The notes beneath the pieces were generated by a model, which did no database searches, was not told the origin of the DNA, and worked only from the letters and a program-made list of their open reading frames with translations. Source: an uncultured virus (IMG/VR IMGVR_UViG_3300020042_009962) (Duplodnaviria; Heunggongvirae; Uroviricota; Caudoviricetes). Taken from it: 64,000 nucleotides of DNA. Shown here piece after piece: positions 38,001-47,637 of this stretch; positions within the stretch are counted from its first letter, which is position 1, and each line of letters begins with the position of its first letter. Location of the stretch: the IMG/VR virus record IMGVR_UViG_3300020042_009962, one strand, 5' to 3'. Made by a program: the position numbers and the translations under genes.

Positions 38001-39131
38001 TGTACAATAATCCCTGCTGTAGGTGCAGCTACCGCACCAACATCAGTAGATGCTACAACTACTTATGACATAACATCATGGTTTAACACAGGAACTAACA
38101 CACAAGTAGACTACTTTATAAACGGTCAAATAATTTCCAATCCAAATGCTTATATATTTACAGGAGTAGCAGCAAACCAAACACTAGTAGTTACAGCAGT
38201 AGATAGAGTTAGAACTAGTTGTGTGGCAGAGGTTAGAGTAAGCACAAACCCATGTCAATTGAAAAAACAATCTGCAAGAATAGGACAACCGGTACCAAAT
38301 CACCCTGGCGATATTGTAGGGTATAACATCGTACAAGATTATTTTACAGGAGATGATGGTAATACAGCTTATGAATTTAGATTACTGTATACAAACACAT
38401 CTGGTGTAGAAGTGAAACTAACTAAACGTGGCGATAATGCTAACCCAGACGGATACATTCCTGTAGCAGGAACACATTTAGCAGGTCCAAACTACTTCCC
38501 AATGGAAGATTGCTTAATCAGCAACGCCAACGCTATCTTCATCAACGGCCTTTGGCCTTCTTTAGACCTTTTAGCAACACCTACTGGATTAGCAACCGTA
38601 AATGCACAAGGAGAGTATGTCTTTCCAGATTATGTACTATATAGATCAGAAGTAGGAGACTACCCTGATAAATTAAAAGTACAGTTTAGAGCTAATGCAA
38701 GCACAATCGCCGTACCGAATTGTATTGCAGAATCTTCAGTAAGACCTTATAGTAAGTCTTACGGTAATTATGCATCCTACCCAGTAACTCTTAGCCACAC
38801 AACATCAGGTGAACATGGTAACTTCTTTTACCTATGTAATTTTTATATAGAAAACACATTCTATATAAGTGAGCTACTACCGACAAATAATATTGGAAGT
38901 CAAGCTGGCTCTTCTTTCTTAGACAATTTTGCAAGTGCTGGAGTTACACTGTTTTCAGACGTAAATAGGATAGTCCCTACAACTGCTAGATGGGTTTCTG
39001 ATGGTATAAAAGTATATAAATACCACGGTGGAGGAGAATGGAGTACTTCATTAGCTCCGTACAACTTATGCAGCGCACACCCGAATCCTCCTGCTAGTGA
39101 TGATTTTTCAAATAGTGATTATAACCCTTAA
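35007..39131 (+). CDS. large baseplate protein with Ig-like/beta-rich insertions
   Basis: LSYLLKTKGTERGLRALINCFG (wedge/P2 gpI-like motif), FIHMIGQHFD, VKDFVPAR. Confidence 0.65.
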   Translation: MAQIKYTANRDIPGNIAGVEKYSTEDTQLISSFEVNSSFDTSRHFVELHLLSLSDDILFSEYDYTGFKQLGNAQSAGQDGASVLTIDPIQDSLSYDFNNGGVKLLYHFLNDLFTDTSDSTELYIQDISPDRTELKLASLTISPENLTRFASNVKTKLESEAFFNEFRLNFGDNDLLIGINIDTLDSGIEKVVTVRLYEPLPATYGIKSKLRVVELVADSVAYEVDSETKQEEVSLPTLKPANFNLEIQDNNIIPTQYLNYDELFSYPISNANSELFSLFNEKGVEVSIDHTLYSDFVHFSSAQERLMNFKYKLDLVNSYSASLAAISTQTVGLQGISGSSTYYKNLMEGVVSNFDHYERFLYYESGSTSWPKYNNTKPYRNQVSTTNESVLWYSNQVAEAISYDNTNYSSLVYSIPTYLREDENNENYLTFIHMIGQHFDNLWLYADAVTDKYDADNRLNKGISKDLVGEALKNFGVKLYTSNKSIEDLFSSFVGQGYVSGSEIINNYITGSLIGSNTPIEPSSFDNYQKEIQKRIYHNLSYLLKTKGTERGLRALINCFGIPSNILEIKQYGGRNTDERPFYGDYQYYTSSLSKVRTDHTGSIISGSTLSSHTSIIKRDNKYTDDLHVVEVGFSPTDNVDKYIISKQTCNVHSISNTSLSTALFSYINCTTFSTIVSTINAGTTTLITAISGSLIFNTPSQVTVTVQGPSPTSFNIDNYIGDPSNLTLPNYQGLYQVAEDILGNLDQYDVRAYVRLIKFFDNVIFKMVKDFVPARVVADTGIIIKPNLLNRSKAKSITPSVAPITSASIDNAFNYTSSIDTAFIEGKNGGSFRSGSSEYSTNHRKYVKGLTSTRLERSVRDESPKFTGELTGSQITLSTGELNVANLFKQTDNSKTYYHVQLYEGIPNTVCLLTNTNQTVGIVNGGVTVNFSTIFPLANAGTQYTVNGTAVQGGSYTFPNQPQYDPYTIVATTPNLYTNPPTNTIPCSATKIVRVVNCTIIPAVGAATAPTSVDATTTYDITSWFNTGTNTQVDYFINGQIISNPNAYIFTGVAANQTLVVTAVDRVRTSCVAEVRVSTNPCQLKKQSARIGQPVPNHPGDIVGYNIVQDYFTGDDGNTAYEFRLLYTNTSGVEVKLTKRGDNANPDGYIPVAGTHLAGPNYFPMEDCLISNANAIFINGLWPSLDLLATPTGLATVNAQGEYVFPDYVLYRSEVGDYPDKLKVQFRANASTIAVPNCIAESSVRPYSKSYGNYASYPVTLSHTTSGEHGNFFYLCNFYIENTFYISELLPTNNIGSQAGSSFLDNFASAGVTLFSDVNRIVPTTARWVSDGIKVYKYHGGGEWSTSLAPYNLCSAHPNPPASDDFSNSDYNP

Positions 39132-39163
39132 TTAGTAATTTACAAAATAATAACTAAAGTAAA

Positions 39164-40345
39164 ATGACAGAACAAGCATTTATAACCTTACATAGCAGTA
39201 ATATTGTAGGAAATATTAATTACCCAAACAGGATTAATATTAACTACGACGCTACAGGACCAGGTACAGGAAAAATAACAGGGGTTAGTATTACAAATAG
39301 AGCACTACCCCTTAGCACTACACCAGAACTTGGAAGTACTCTTGCAAAAGCAACCTCTATACGATTTAAAATAGATAATATACCTTTTATATTAAGTATA
39401 AGAAGTAGAAGTAGAATACAAAGCCCACCAGGTTCAAACGCATACGATTTCTACTACTACAGAGTAACACCAGTAGATTTTACAATAACAGATGCAGATG
39501 GTTATATATCAGATGTACAGGTACTTATTGCACCGTATACTGCAGATATTTTATTTGAAAACAGTGAGTATAATCCGTTTATAGGAGATACACAAGAAAA
39601 CAGGCAATCTAAAACAGTATTTAAAGCTGATAGAGGGGAGTCTGCCGTTATACCTACTAACTTTCAGAGTATACTAAACGGAACAGCTACATATGCTGAT
39701 ATACAGGATAGTAACTACAGTGCTACAGGATGGAGTAATGCAAGGTATAGCGGTACAAAAACATCAGTAGCTAACTACGGGGTAGCACCAGTACTTCTTG
39801 GTAGAACAGTACAAGGAGAGATAAACACAACCGGTTCTGCACAATCTATTATCTGCTCAAGATCAATTGCAGATAGAGTAATAGAACCTATCTTTCACAC
39901 AGGAACTGCAGAATTGCCAGAATATAGAGAGGTAAGAAGTAGGTATAAATTAGCGGCAGATATAACAGCTTTTAATACTGAAATAACGTACACTTACGGA
40001 TATAATGCAGCATCAGCGTCAATAGAGGTGGGTAATATAATCCGAATACAAAATACTTCAAACGCTGCTGGACAAAATGATGAGTATATGAGGGTTAAAA
40101 AAATATTCCCTAATACACTTAAGATGGAAGTAGAAAGAGAGTATGTAGGAGCAGGTGCTGCAAGTGGACACACCGCTAATGATAGGATATTAGTAATACT
40201 ACCTGTTAGCCTGTATCAATTCGATGAAACAGGTGTAAACTTTCTTACTGTAGCCAATTCGCAGGTATGGGTAAAAGATTCTCAAGATATATTAAAAACA
40301 GATATTTACGGAGCAGTATACACAAGTTCTAGTTGTCAAAACTAA
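39164..40345 (+). CDS. putative virion structural protein
   Basis: ADIQDSNYS..GW.NARYSGTK motif; structural block. Confidence 0.55.
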   Translation: MTEQAFITLHSSNIVGNINYPNRININYDATGPGTGKITGVSITNRALPLSTTPELGSTLAKATSIRFKIDNIPFILSIRSRSRIQSPPGSNAYDFYYYRVTPVDFTITDADGYISDVQVLIAPYTADILFENSEYNPFIGDTQENRQSKTVFKADRGESAVIPTNFQSILNGTATYADIQDSNYSATGWSNARYSGTKTSVANYGVAPVLLGRTVQGEINTTGSAQSIICSRSIADRVIEPIFHTGTAELPEYREVRSRYKLAADITAFNTEITYTYGYNAASASIEVGNIIRIQNTSNAAGQNDEYMRVKKIFPNTLKMEVEREYVGAGAASGHTANDRILVILPVSLYQFDETGVNFLTVANSQVWVKDSQDILKTDIYGAVYTSSSCQN

Positions 40346-40398
40346 GTTTGATATAATTAATAAAAAACATATATTTATAATAAGATAAAAACAATAAA

Positions 40399-41058
40399 AT
40401 GGGATACTTAAATAATTCAGTAGTAACAGTAGATGCAATTCTTACTAAAAAAGGAAGAGAACTATTAGCAAGAGGAGATGGTTCTTTCAAAATTACACAA
40501 TTTGCTTTAGCAGATGATGAAATAGATTATACACTGTATAATCCGACACATCCTCTAGGATCAGCTTTTTACGGAGAAGCAATCGAAAGTCTTCCTCTAT
40601 TAGAAGCATTTCCAGACGAAACTCAAATCATGAAGTATAAACTTACAACTCTTCCAAGAGGAACTGCTAAGTTACCAATTCTAGATTTAGGATTCTCTGC
40701 TATCAGATTAAAACAAGGAGCATCACTTGCTATTACCCCTCAAACATTAAACTATTTAGGATCTTCTCAAACTTTTGAAGCAGGAGGATATGTAGCAACT
40801 ATTGCAGATGCTAGGGTCTTAAATACATTTAACGGAGTAGGACTAAATACAGTAGAAGCTGAAAGATTAAACTCAACTACAACTCTAGGTACCAATGTAT
40901 CTAAAACTGTATTAGGTACATCAATAAACTTATCTGCTACAACAATTAATACGTTATTCGGAACTAACGACTCTTTACAGACTACAATCACAGTAATAGG
41001 TAGAGATTCAGGAGCTAGACTAACCATACCAGTAACCATTATTAAAGTAAATCAATAA
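40399..41058 (+). CDS. virion structural protein
   Basis: MGYLNN..VTVDAILTKKGRELLA....FKITQFALADDEIDY; TATTTAT upstream. Confidence 0.7.
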   Translation: MGYLNNSVVTVDAILTKKGRELLARGDGSFKITQFALADDEIDYTLYNPTHPLGSAFYGEAIESLPLLEAFPDETQIMKYKLTTLPRGTAKLPILDLGFSAIRLKQGASLAITPQTLNYLGSSQTFEAGGYVATIADARVLNTFNGVGLNTVEAERLNSTTTLGTNVSKTVLGTSINLSATTINTLFGTNDSLQTTITVIGRDSGARLTIPVTIIKVNQ

Positions 41059-41061
41059 GAT

Positions 41062-42078
41062 ATGTCATTTAAAAGATTAGACGCAGAGGATATCTCTATT
41101 AGTGCAGAGGCAGTAGTAACTCCTCTTTGGTCAACAGGTCTTCCATACCTAACAACATTCTTTACCTCTTCTCAGCAAGTATCAGGACCTTCGGGACCTT
41201 ACTACTACGAAGTATATCAAACAGATCCACTTATAGCAGCAAACGCAACAGTACAGTTTGCAATTGCATATGGAGATCAACAAGGATCTGGATCAGCTCC
41301 ATATAATTCAGCAGTAGTAGGTAAATCCCCTTCTTCTACAATTTATGGGCAGTATAGAAATTTAGTATTTGGTAATGAAGATACAGATTTTACTTTTGGA
41401 ACTGTTACCTCTCCTTACATCTATGCAATATCGGTAGATAGATCAAGATATAGAGAAAAACTATTTCCAGGCACATTTAATTTGAAACTAACGATTGCAG
41501 GAGCTACCCTACTACTTACAGATAATAGTGTAGATACAACAACACTTTCTTATGTAGATGCAGGAAGAGTTTACGATATTGTAAGTGGATCAAATGGATC
41601 AGCATACAACTCAGGTACAGGTGGTACAGGATTCCATCCAACACTAGGATCTTATGGTAAATTCTTACCAGATGTAGGAATTGTAATACTTAACGGAAAA
41701 GCTTTAGATTCAGCATCTCCAAACGGACTAGCATTGAGTACAGGACGTACTTCTGCTAATGATTTAAACTTAAATAAATTTTACAACGCAATAAATTTAG
41801 GAGCAAGTAGTTCATTACAGTCAGAGGAAACAGTATCTTCAAACTATGTATTTGTTAGGGTAAGAAACAGCGAGTTTAACTACTCAACTAATCCTTCTAA
41901 CACAACTGGTTCTGGAGAGTTAAGACATGACGTAATGATTAATACTCCTCAAGCATATATGACAACAGTTGGCCTTTATAATGATAGTAATGATTTATTA
42001 GCAGTAGCTAAATTATCAAAACCATTATTAAAAGATTTTACAAAAGAGGCGTTAGTAAGAATCAAGCTTGATTATTAA
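41062..42078 (+). CDS. tail/baseplate structural protein
   Basis: C-terminal EFNYSTNPS...YMTTVGLYNDSNDLLAVAKLSKPLLK. Confidence 0.7.
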   Translation: MSFKRLDAEDISISAEAVVTPLWSTGLPYLTTFFTSSQQVSGPSGPYYYEVYQTDPLIAANATVQFAIAYGDQQGSGSAPYNSAVVGKSPSSTIYGQYRNLVFGNEDTDFTFGTVTSPYIYAISVDRSRYREKLFPGTFNLKLTIAGATLLLTDNSVDTTTLSYVDAGRVYDIVSGSNGSAYNSGTGGTGFHPTLGSYGKFLPDVGIVILNGKALDSASPNGLALSTGRTSANDLNLNKFYNAINLGASSSLQSEETVSSNYVFVRVRNSEFNYSTNPSNTTGSGELRHDVMINTPQAYMTTVGLYNDSNDLLAVAKLSKPLLKDFTKEALVRIKLDY

Positions 42079-42081
42079 TGA

Positions 42082-43155
42082 ATGAGTGCTTACAAAAAAC
42101 TAAACAAACAAGATGCATACATTACTACCTATACAGCTCGAAAAAACTGGGCTATATCAGGTAGTGGTTACGTTTCTACTGGTGTTAAGAGACTTGTAGG
42201 AGAGTCAGGTTCTGGAGCATATTACTTAAATCAAAATGATATAGAAGGTATATCTTATACAAGATTAATCTTCAACAGTATAAACCATTTATACTACAGC
42301 TTATTTTCAAGCGGAAGTGTTATGACTACTGGTTCTTACGAGAACTATTTACAATCTTCTTTTACAAGTGGTTCTAGAAATATCCATGAAAAAATAGGGG
42401 TATACAGCCTACCTCAAGCAGTAATAGGTACACACATAGAGCCTTTATCTCTTAATATTATCCCAGAAGGTCCAGCAGCAACTAGCAACTACGTGGTAGG
42501 AAATTATGCTAGAGAGCTCAATCAAGATGATTATATGGAAGATTTTAATCACATATATGGATCAATACCATACTCATCAGATATATTTATAGATTACATT
42601 GAAACAGAGGGGAATTATGTAGATGAAACTATACCAGCAGGAGGAGAGTATCTAGACATACCACGTAAATATACATCAACAGTAGTAGATGATGGAGAGG
42701 GGAATTTATACCTAAAGTATTCAAATCCTAAAAAATATGTAGGTAATGTAATCTACCCACACGGACAGGTTATCCTGACAGATGAAAACGTAGCAACATA
42801 CCTTACATCTTTCATCTCAGGTACACTAGTATATAAATCAAATCACCCAATATACACACACAACTACCACTGTAGAGTAAGAGAGTCAGAATTTAACTTC
42901 ACATATAATCCTTCAGCATTAACAAGTTCTTTGAAGACTGCTTACTATAATGATGGAGAAATTTATATAAGCTCTTCTGCTTATGCAAATGGTGCTTTAA
43001 ACGATAATTTAACCGGAAGTTATTTCCAACCATACATAACAACAGTAGGCCTGTATAACGATGCAAATGAGTTAATTGCAGTAGGAAAATTAGGACAACC
43101 AATACCAAAATCTGCAAATACAGATATGACTTTTATTGTTAAAATAGATATATAA
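42082..43155 (+). CDS. tail/baseplate structural protein, paralogue of 41062..42078
   Basis: C-terminal EFNFTYNPS...YITTVGLYNDANELIAVGKLGQPIPK. Confidence 0.7.
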   Translation: MSAYKKLNKQDAYITTYTARKNWAISGSGYVSTGVKRLVGESGSGAYYLNQNDIEGISYTRLIFNSINHLYYSLFSSGSVMTTGSYENYLQSSFTSGSRNIHEKIGVYSLPQAVIGTHIEPLSLNIIPEGPAATSNYVVGNYARELNQDDYMEDFNHIYGSIPYSSDIFIDYIETEGNYVDETIPAGGEYLDIPRKYTSTVVDDGEGNLYLKYSNPKKYVGNVIYPHGQVILTDENVATYLTSFISGTLVYKSNHPIYTHNYHCRVRESEFNFTYNPSALTSSLKTAYYNDGEIYISSSAYANGALNDNLTGSYFQPYITTVGLYNDANELIAVGKLGQPIPKSANTDMTFIVKIDI

Positions 43156-43165
43156 AACAAGCACT

Positions 43166-45130
43166 ATGGCAATTACATTAAGAACAAACAAAGGATCGGC
43201 ACTTACCTATGATGAGATGGACAAAAACTTCTCACAGTATTTCTATTCAGCATCTAGATCAGGTAATATAATGACACTGTACTATACAGGAAGTACAAAC
43301 CTTACAGGGTATGACCCAAGTAGGGTAATTACTGTAGACTTAAATCCTGCAGAAGGAGTAGTCCCAAATCTTGTAGCAGGAGGAAGCGAAAGAAGTATAC
43401 AATATAAGGCAGGTTCTCAATTAGCTGGACAACCTACTTTTGTTTATAGTGCTAATAACTACCTAGGGATAGGTACAGCAAATCCAGGTGTATTAGTAGA
43501 AGCAGTAGGTACTACGGTATCACCAGCAATACTCGCACTTACCTCACACCCAACAGTCAGTACACAAGCTTACGTAGTCTTTAATAAAGGGTCGGTAGAA
43601 GTAGGAGCTATAGGGAAGATAGACGGGGCTACAGATAATATAGCTATACTGTCGTCACAGGTAAATAGTAACTTATATCTACGAGCAGGTACTAACCCTA
43701 ATGCAATAATAACAATTGAAGGATCATCAGCAAATATAGGAGTAGGTACACCATATCCAGGTGCTAAACTAGAAACAGCTATTAACGGACTATCGGGTAA
43801 GACACTTATCTTCGGTAGAGGTGCAGATGGAAATTTTAACTTAACTGGTAAACAAAGTCATGCTTCAAATGCAGATGGTGCTGTTATAGGGAGTATAGGA
43901 TTAGATTATATAAATCAAGAGAATACAGCAATTAGATTTCATAGAGGAGGTTCTCAAACAGGAGGGTATATGTCATTTGCCGTTAAAGACGGTAGTACAA
44001 GAATGCAGTTAGGTAATACTGGAACATTAACAATAATACCAGAAGTAGGTAACGCTACAGCATTTAACGCACAAGGAAATGCACCAGGTGTAAACATGTA
44101 CGCTACTGTACAAAACGACGGAAATACTCCAGACACTCAAGCAATATTAGGACTTAAAGCAGGTAGCGGAGCTACCCCAGAGATGTTTCAACTTGGACAA
44201 AACGTACAAGGGTATGCATTTATATATCAACCAAACAACCAACCTATATTCTTTATGACTAGTACAATTATTAGACTAGGTATATCAGGTACAGGAAAAA
44301 TAGGAATAGGAATAGGTAATAGTGCTCCACAAGGTCAAATACATATAGCTCAAACAACAGCACTACCAGCAGCAGCAAACTCTAATATAGTATTAAAAAC
44401 TTTCGAACACCGAGGAGGGAGTAATTACGGAGGAAGTGCAACGTATATAAAAGACTATGCCCGTAGAAGCGGTACTTCTACTGATGACTGGCTTACATGG
44501 AGTCACCACAACGGTATAGATATTGACGGAACACATAGTGTACCGGGTAATAACTCTACTAATTCTCCTCAGGGTACATTATCATGGTGGGAAAGACATC
44601 CATATAGCGGTTCACATGCTTTTGGATCTCAAAACATTACCAACCTTAAAACAATGGCGGGTTTTAATAGAAATACAGTACTTGTAGGACACGCTGATGT
44701 AGATAAACATCCAAATGCAACACTATCAGTACTTAATCCAAGTAGTCCAAGTATAGTAAACGTAGGACATACAACTGTTACAGGACCACATAAAGTAGTA
44801 ATATCTGGAGGAGGTAGTAACGTAGATTACGGATATCATTTATCAGGAAGTACTACCACAGATGTATTCTTTAAAACAAATACAGGAACACCTTCCATAG
44901 GGGAATTAGGATCTAACGGAACAACTGTAGCAAAAGTAGATGGACCTAATAACGTATTTACTATTACAGGAAAATTAGCAGCAACACCAGCAGCAAAACC
45001 TGCTAACATGACTGCAACTGGAGTAGCTGGAGAAATTAGAATAGACCCAACAGCAATAAGCAGTGTATACTATATGTATGTATGTATTGCATCAGGAAAC
45101 TGGAAGAGAGTTGCACTATCTAATTTCTAA
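43166..45130 (+). CDS. tail fibre protein
   Basis: MAITLRTNKGSALTYDEMDKNF N-terminus; GIGTANP/GVGTPYP repeats; YMYVCIASGNWKRVALS end. Confidence 0.8.
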   Translation: MAITLRTNKGSALTYDEMDKNFSQYFYSASRSGNIMTLYYTGSTNLTGYDPSRVITVDLNPAEGVVPNLVAGGSERSIQYKAGSQLAGQPTFVYSANNYLGIGTANPGVLVEAVGTTVSPAILALTSHPTVSTQAYVVFNKGSVEVGAIGKIDGATDNIAILSSQVNSNLYLRAGTNPNAIITIEGSSANIGVGTPYPGAKLETAINGLSGKTLIFGRGADGNFNLTGKQSHASNADGAVIGSIGLDYINQENTAIRFHRGGSQTGGYMSFAVKDGSTRMQLGNTGTLTIIPEVGNATAFNAQGNAPGVNMYATVQNDGNTPDTQAILGLKAGSGATPEMFQLGQNVQGYAFIYQPNNQPIFFMTSTIIRLGISGTGKIGIGIGNSAPQGQIHIAQTTALPAAANSNIVLKTFEHRGGSNYGGSATYIKDYARRSGTSTDDWLTWSHHNGIDIDGTHSVPGNNSTNSPQGTLSWWERHPYSGSHAFGSQNITNLKTMAGFNRNTVLVGHADVDKHPNATLSVLNPSSPSIVNVGHTTVTGPHKVVISGGGSNVDYGYHLSGSTTTDVFFKTNTGTPSIGELGSNGTTVAKVDGPNNVFTITGKLAATPAAKPANMTATGVAGEIRIDPTAISSVYYMYVCIASGNWKRVALSNF

Positions 45131-45170
45131 AAATAGAATAAACATAATAAGATATTTATATTAAAATAGT

Positions 45171-47618
45171 ATGGCAATTACATTTAGAACAGGACTAGGA
45201 AGAGCACTTTATCATTCAGAAATGGATGCCAACTTTTCATCTCTATTTTATTCAAGTTCCCTTCACAATAGTGGTGCAACCTTAAGACTTTGGTTTGATA
45301 ACGGAACAGCAGCAGATACCTACCAAGAAATAAACCTATCAGGAGCAGGTACATCAATTTCTATTGCCGGAAACACCAATAATAATATACTAACAGCAAC
45401 GGGATTAACCTCTGGTATAAATGGAGAGTCTAATTTTACTTACGACTCTATTAGTAAGATCTTAGGGTTAACAGGTAGGCTTGTTATGACAACAGGAGCT
45501 TCCGAGTTTAATGTCTTTATAGGATCTGCAGGACCAGATGCACCATATAATGTTGGAGTAACAAATAACGTATTAATAGGAGCAGGAGTAGGTATAAGTT
45601 TAACAGGAGGTTCAAATACAGCGTTAGGAGCAGGAGCAATACCAGCAGCAGTAGGAAGTAGCAATACAGTAGCAGTTGGTAGAAATACACTTGCAAATCT
45701 AGGAAGCGGTAATAGTAATACAGCAATAGGTCACGCGGCAGGTTATAATAATACAGCAGGTAGCGGTAACGTTTATATAGGTAAAGATGCAGGTAAGGGC
45801 TCAACAGGAGGAGAAGATAATCAACTATATATTGCAAATGCAGCTGGAACACCTTTAATCTCTGGTAATTTCTCTACAGGTCAGATAATGATTCAAGGAG
45901 GAACAGGGGGAATAACGGCATCTTTTAAAGGAGACGGTTCAGGACTAACAGGTGTAGGAGCATTTCCATATACAGGTTCAGCTATTATAAAAGGTACTTT
46001 ACTTATAACAGGTTCAAATAGTGTACCTCAAACATTACTAGTATCGGGCGGTATATTTACATCAGGAAGTACATCTAAAATATCAGGATCATTCTCAGGA
46101 TCATTCTATGGTGACGGGTCAAACCTAACAGGAGTACCAGCTTCAACTTGGAATGGTATAAGAAATCCAGATGCACAGATAACAGGATCTATTAGATTTA
46201 CAGGTTCATTAGACCTTTCAGGGTCAATGACAATATCTGGATCATTTTTAAGAATGACAGGTTCTTTACTTATATCTTCAGGATCACATAGAATATCGGG
46301 ATCAATTACTGCAGCTTCAAATATTACAATACATAATCCATCACAAACCTCTATAGGGATAGGTAGTGGATCATTAGGATTTGGAACAGCAACTCCTAAT
46401 GTACAACTAAACAATACCGTAATAGGGTATACTGCAGGACTAAATTCTGCAGGAGCACAGAGTACAATAGTAGGAAGTGAAGCAGGACGGGTTGCAGGAA
46501 ATTCAACAGTATATGTAGGGTATTATGCAGGAAGAACACAAACAGGATTTAGTAATACAGCAGTAGGGCAAAATGCTCTACAACAGGGTACTTCAACCAA
46601 CACTGTAGCTATTGGAGCATTTGCATTACAAAACAGCCAACAAGGAGGCAGTGATGTAGCTATTGGATCATATGCACTAGGTGGAAACATATACGGAGGA
46701 TCTAATACAGCAGTAGGGTTTGAGGCAGGAAAGAATTTTAACTACGGAAGTAGTAATGTCTTTATAGGTTACCGTGCAGGACCAGCTAGCTTTACAAATA
46801 TGAGTAATCAGCTATATATTGCTAATAACTCAGGAACACCTTTAATCTCTGGTAATTTCTCTACAGGTCAAATAATGATACAAGGAGGAACAGGAGGTAT
46901 AACAGCTTCTTTTAATGGTAATGGATCAGGATTAACAAATGTAAACCCTTTCCCTTTTACAGGTTCAGCTATTATAAAAGGTACGCTAACCATAACAGGT
47001 TCAAATAGCGTACCACAAACCCTTCTAGTGTCAGGGGGAATATTTACATCAGGAAGTACTTCAAGCATATCAGGTTCATTTTCAGGTTCATTTTACGGTG
47101 ATGGATCAAATTTAACAGGAATACCGGGTTCAACTTGGAACGGTGTAAGAAACGGTAACGCTCAAATAACAGGATCGTTAAGAGTATCAGGAAGTATAAG
47201 AGCACTCGGTACAGTATCAATAAGCTCAGGAAGTTTACTTAATAGACCAGGGGTAGAGTTTATACATATTTATGAAAGTACTGATCAAGATACAGTACTA
47301 TACAGATTTCCTTACGGAGCAGGAAAGTATACAGGCCTTAAAATGGACTATGCAGCATCATCGGTTAACGGGTCAGGAAATCCTAGTAGAGTAGGTACTT
47401 TTATGACAACATGGGATGAAGGTGGAGATTATTCCGAAGGCGGAGTTGATACTAGTGCAGGTTTAGTAGCATTCGCACCTGCTGGAAACCACGACCCAGT
47501 ATACCCAGCGTTCTTTGCAACACGCAACGGTACTGAAGTAGAGCTACGTGTGAAACGATCTGGAAATGATATAGAGATTAACGCAGTGATAACAGCATTT
47601 AAGCGATCAATAGTATAA
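45171..47618 (+). CDS. tail fibre protein with internal duplication
   Basis: MAITFRTGLGRALYHSEMDANF; NTAIG-type repeats; GSFSGSFYGDGSNLTG repeats. Confidence 0.8.
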   Translation: MAITFRTGLGRALYHSEMDANFSSLFYSSSLHNSGATLRLWFDNGTAADTYQEINLSGAGTSISIAGNTNNNILTATGLTSGINGESNFTYDSISKILGLTGRLVMTTGASEFNVFIGSAGPDAPYNVGVTNNVLIGAGVGISLTGGSNTALGAGAIPAAVGSSNTVAVGRNTLANLGSGNSNTAIGHAAGYNNTAGSGNVYIGKDAGKGSTGGEDNQLYIANAAGTPLISGNFSTGQIMIQGGTGGITASFKGDGSGLTGVGAFPYTGSAIIKGTLLITGSNSVPQTLLVSGGIFTSGSTSKISGSFSGSFYGDGSNLTGVPASTWNGIRNPDAQITGSIRFTGSLDLSGSMTISGSFLRMTGSLLISSGSHRISGSITAASNITIHNPSQTSIGIGSGSLGFGTATPNVQLNNTVIGYTAGLNSAGAQSTIVGSEAGRVAGNSTVYVGYYAGRTQTGFSNTAVGQNALQQGTSTNTVAIGAFALQNSQQGGSDVAIGSYALGGNIYGGSNTAVGFEAGKNFNYGSSNVFIGYRAGPASFTNMSNQLYIANNSGTPLISGNFSTGQIMIQGGTGGITASFNGNGSGLTNVNPFPFTGSAIIKGTLTITGSNSVPQTLLVSGGIFTSGSTSSISGSFSGSFYGDGSNLTGIPGSTWNGVRNGNAQITGSLRVSGSIRALGTVSISSGSLLNRPGVEFIHIYESTDQDTVLYRFPYGAGKYTGLKMDYAASSVNGSGNPSRVGTFMTTWDEGGDYSEGGVDTSAGLVAFAPAGNHDPVYPAFFATRNGTEVELRVKRSGNDIEINAVITAFKRSIV

Positions 47619-47637
47619 AAGAAAATAAAGTAATAAT

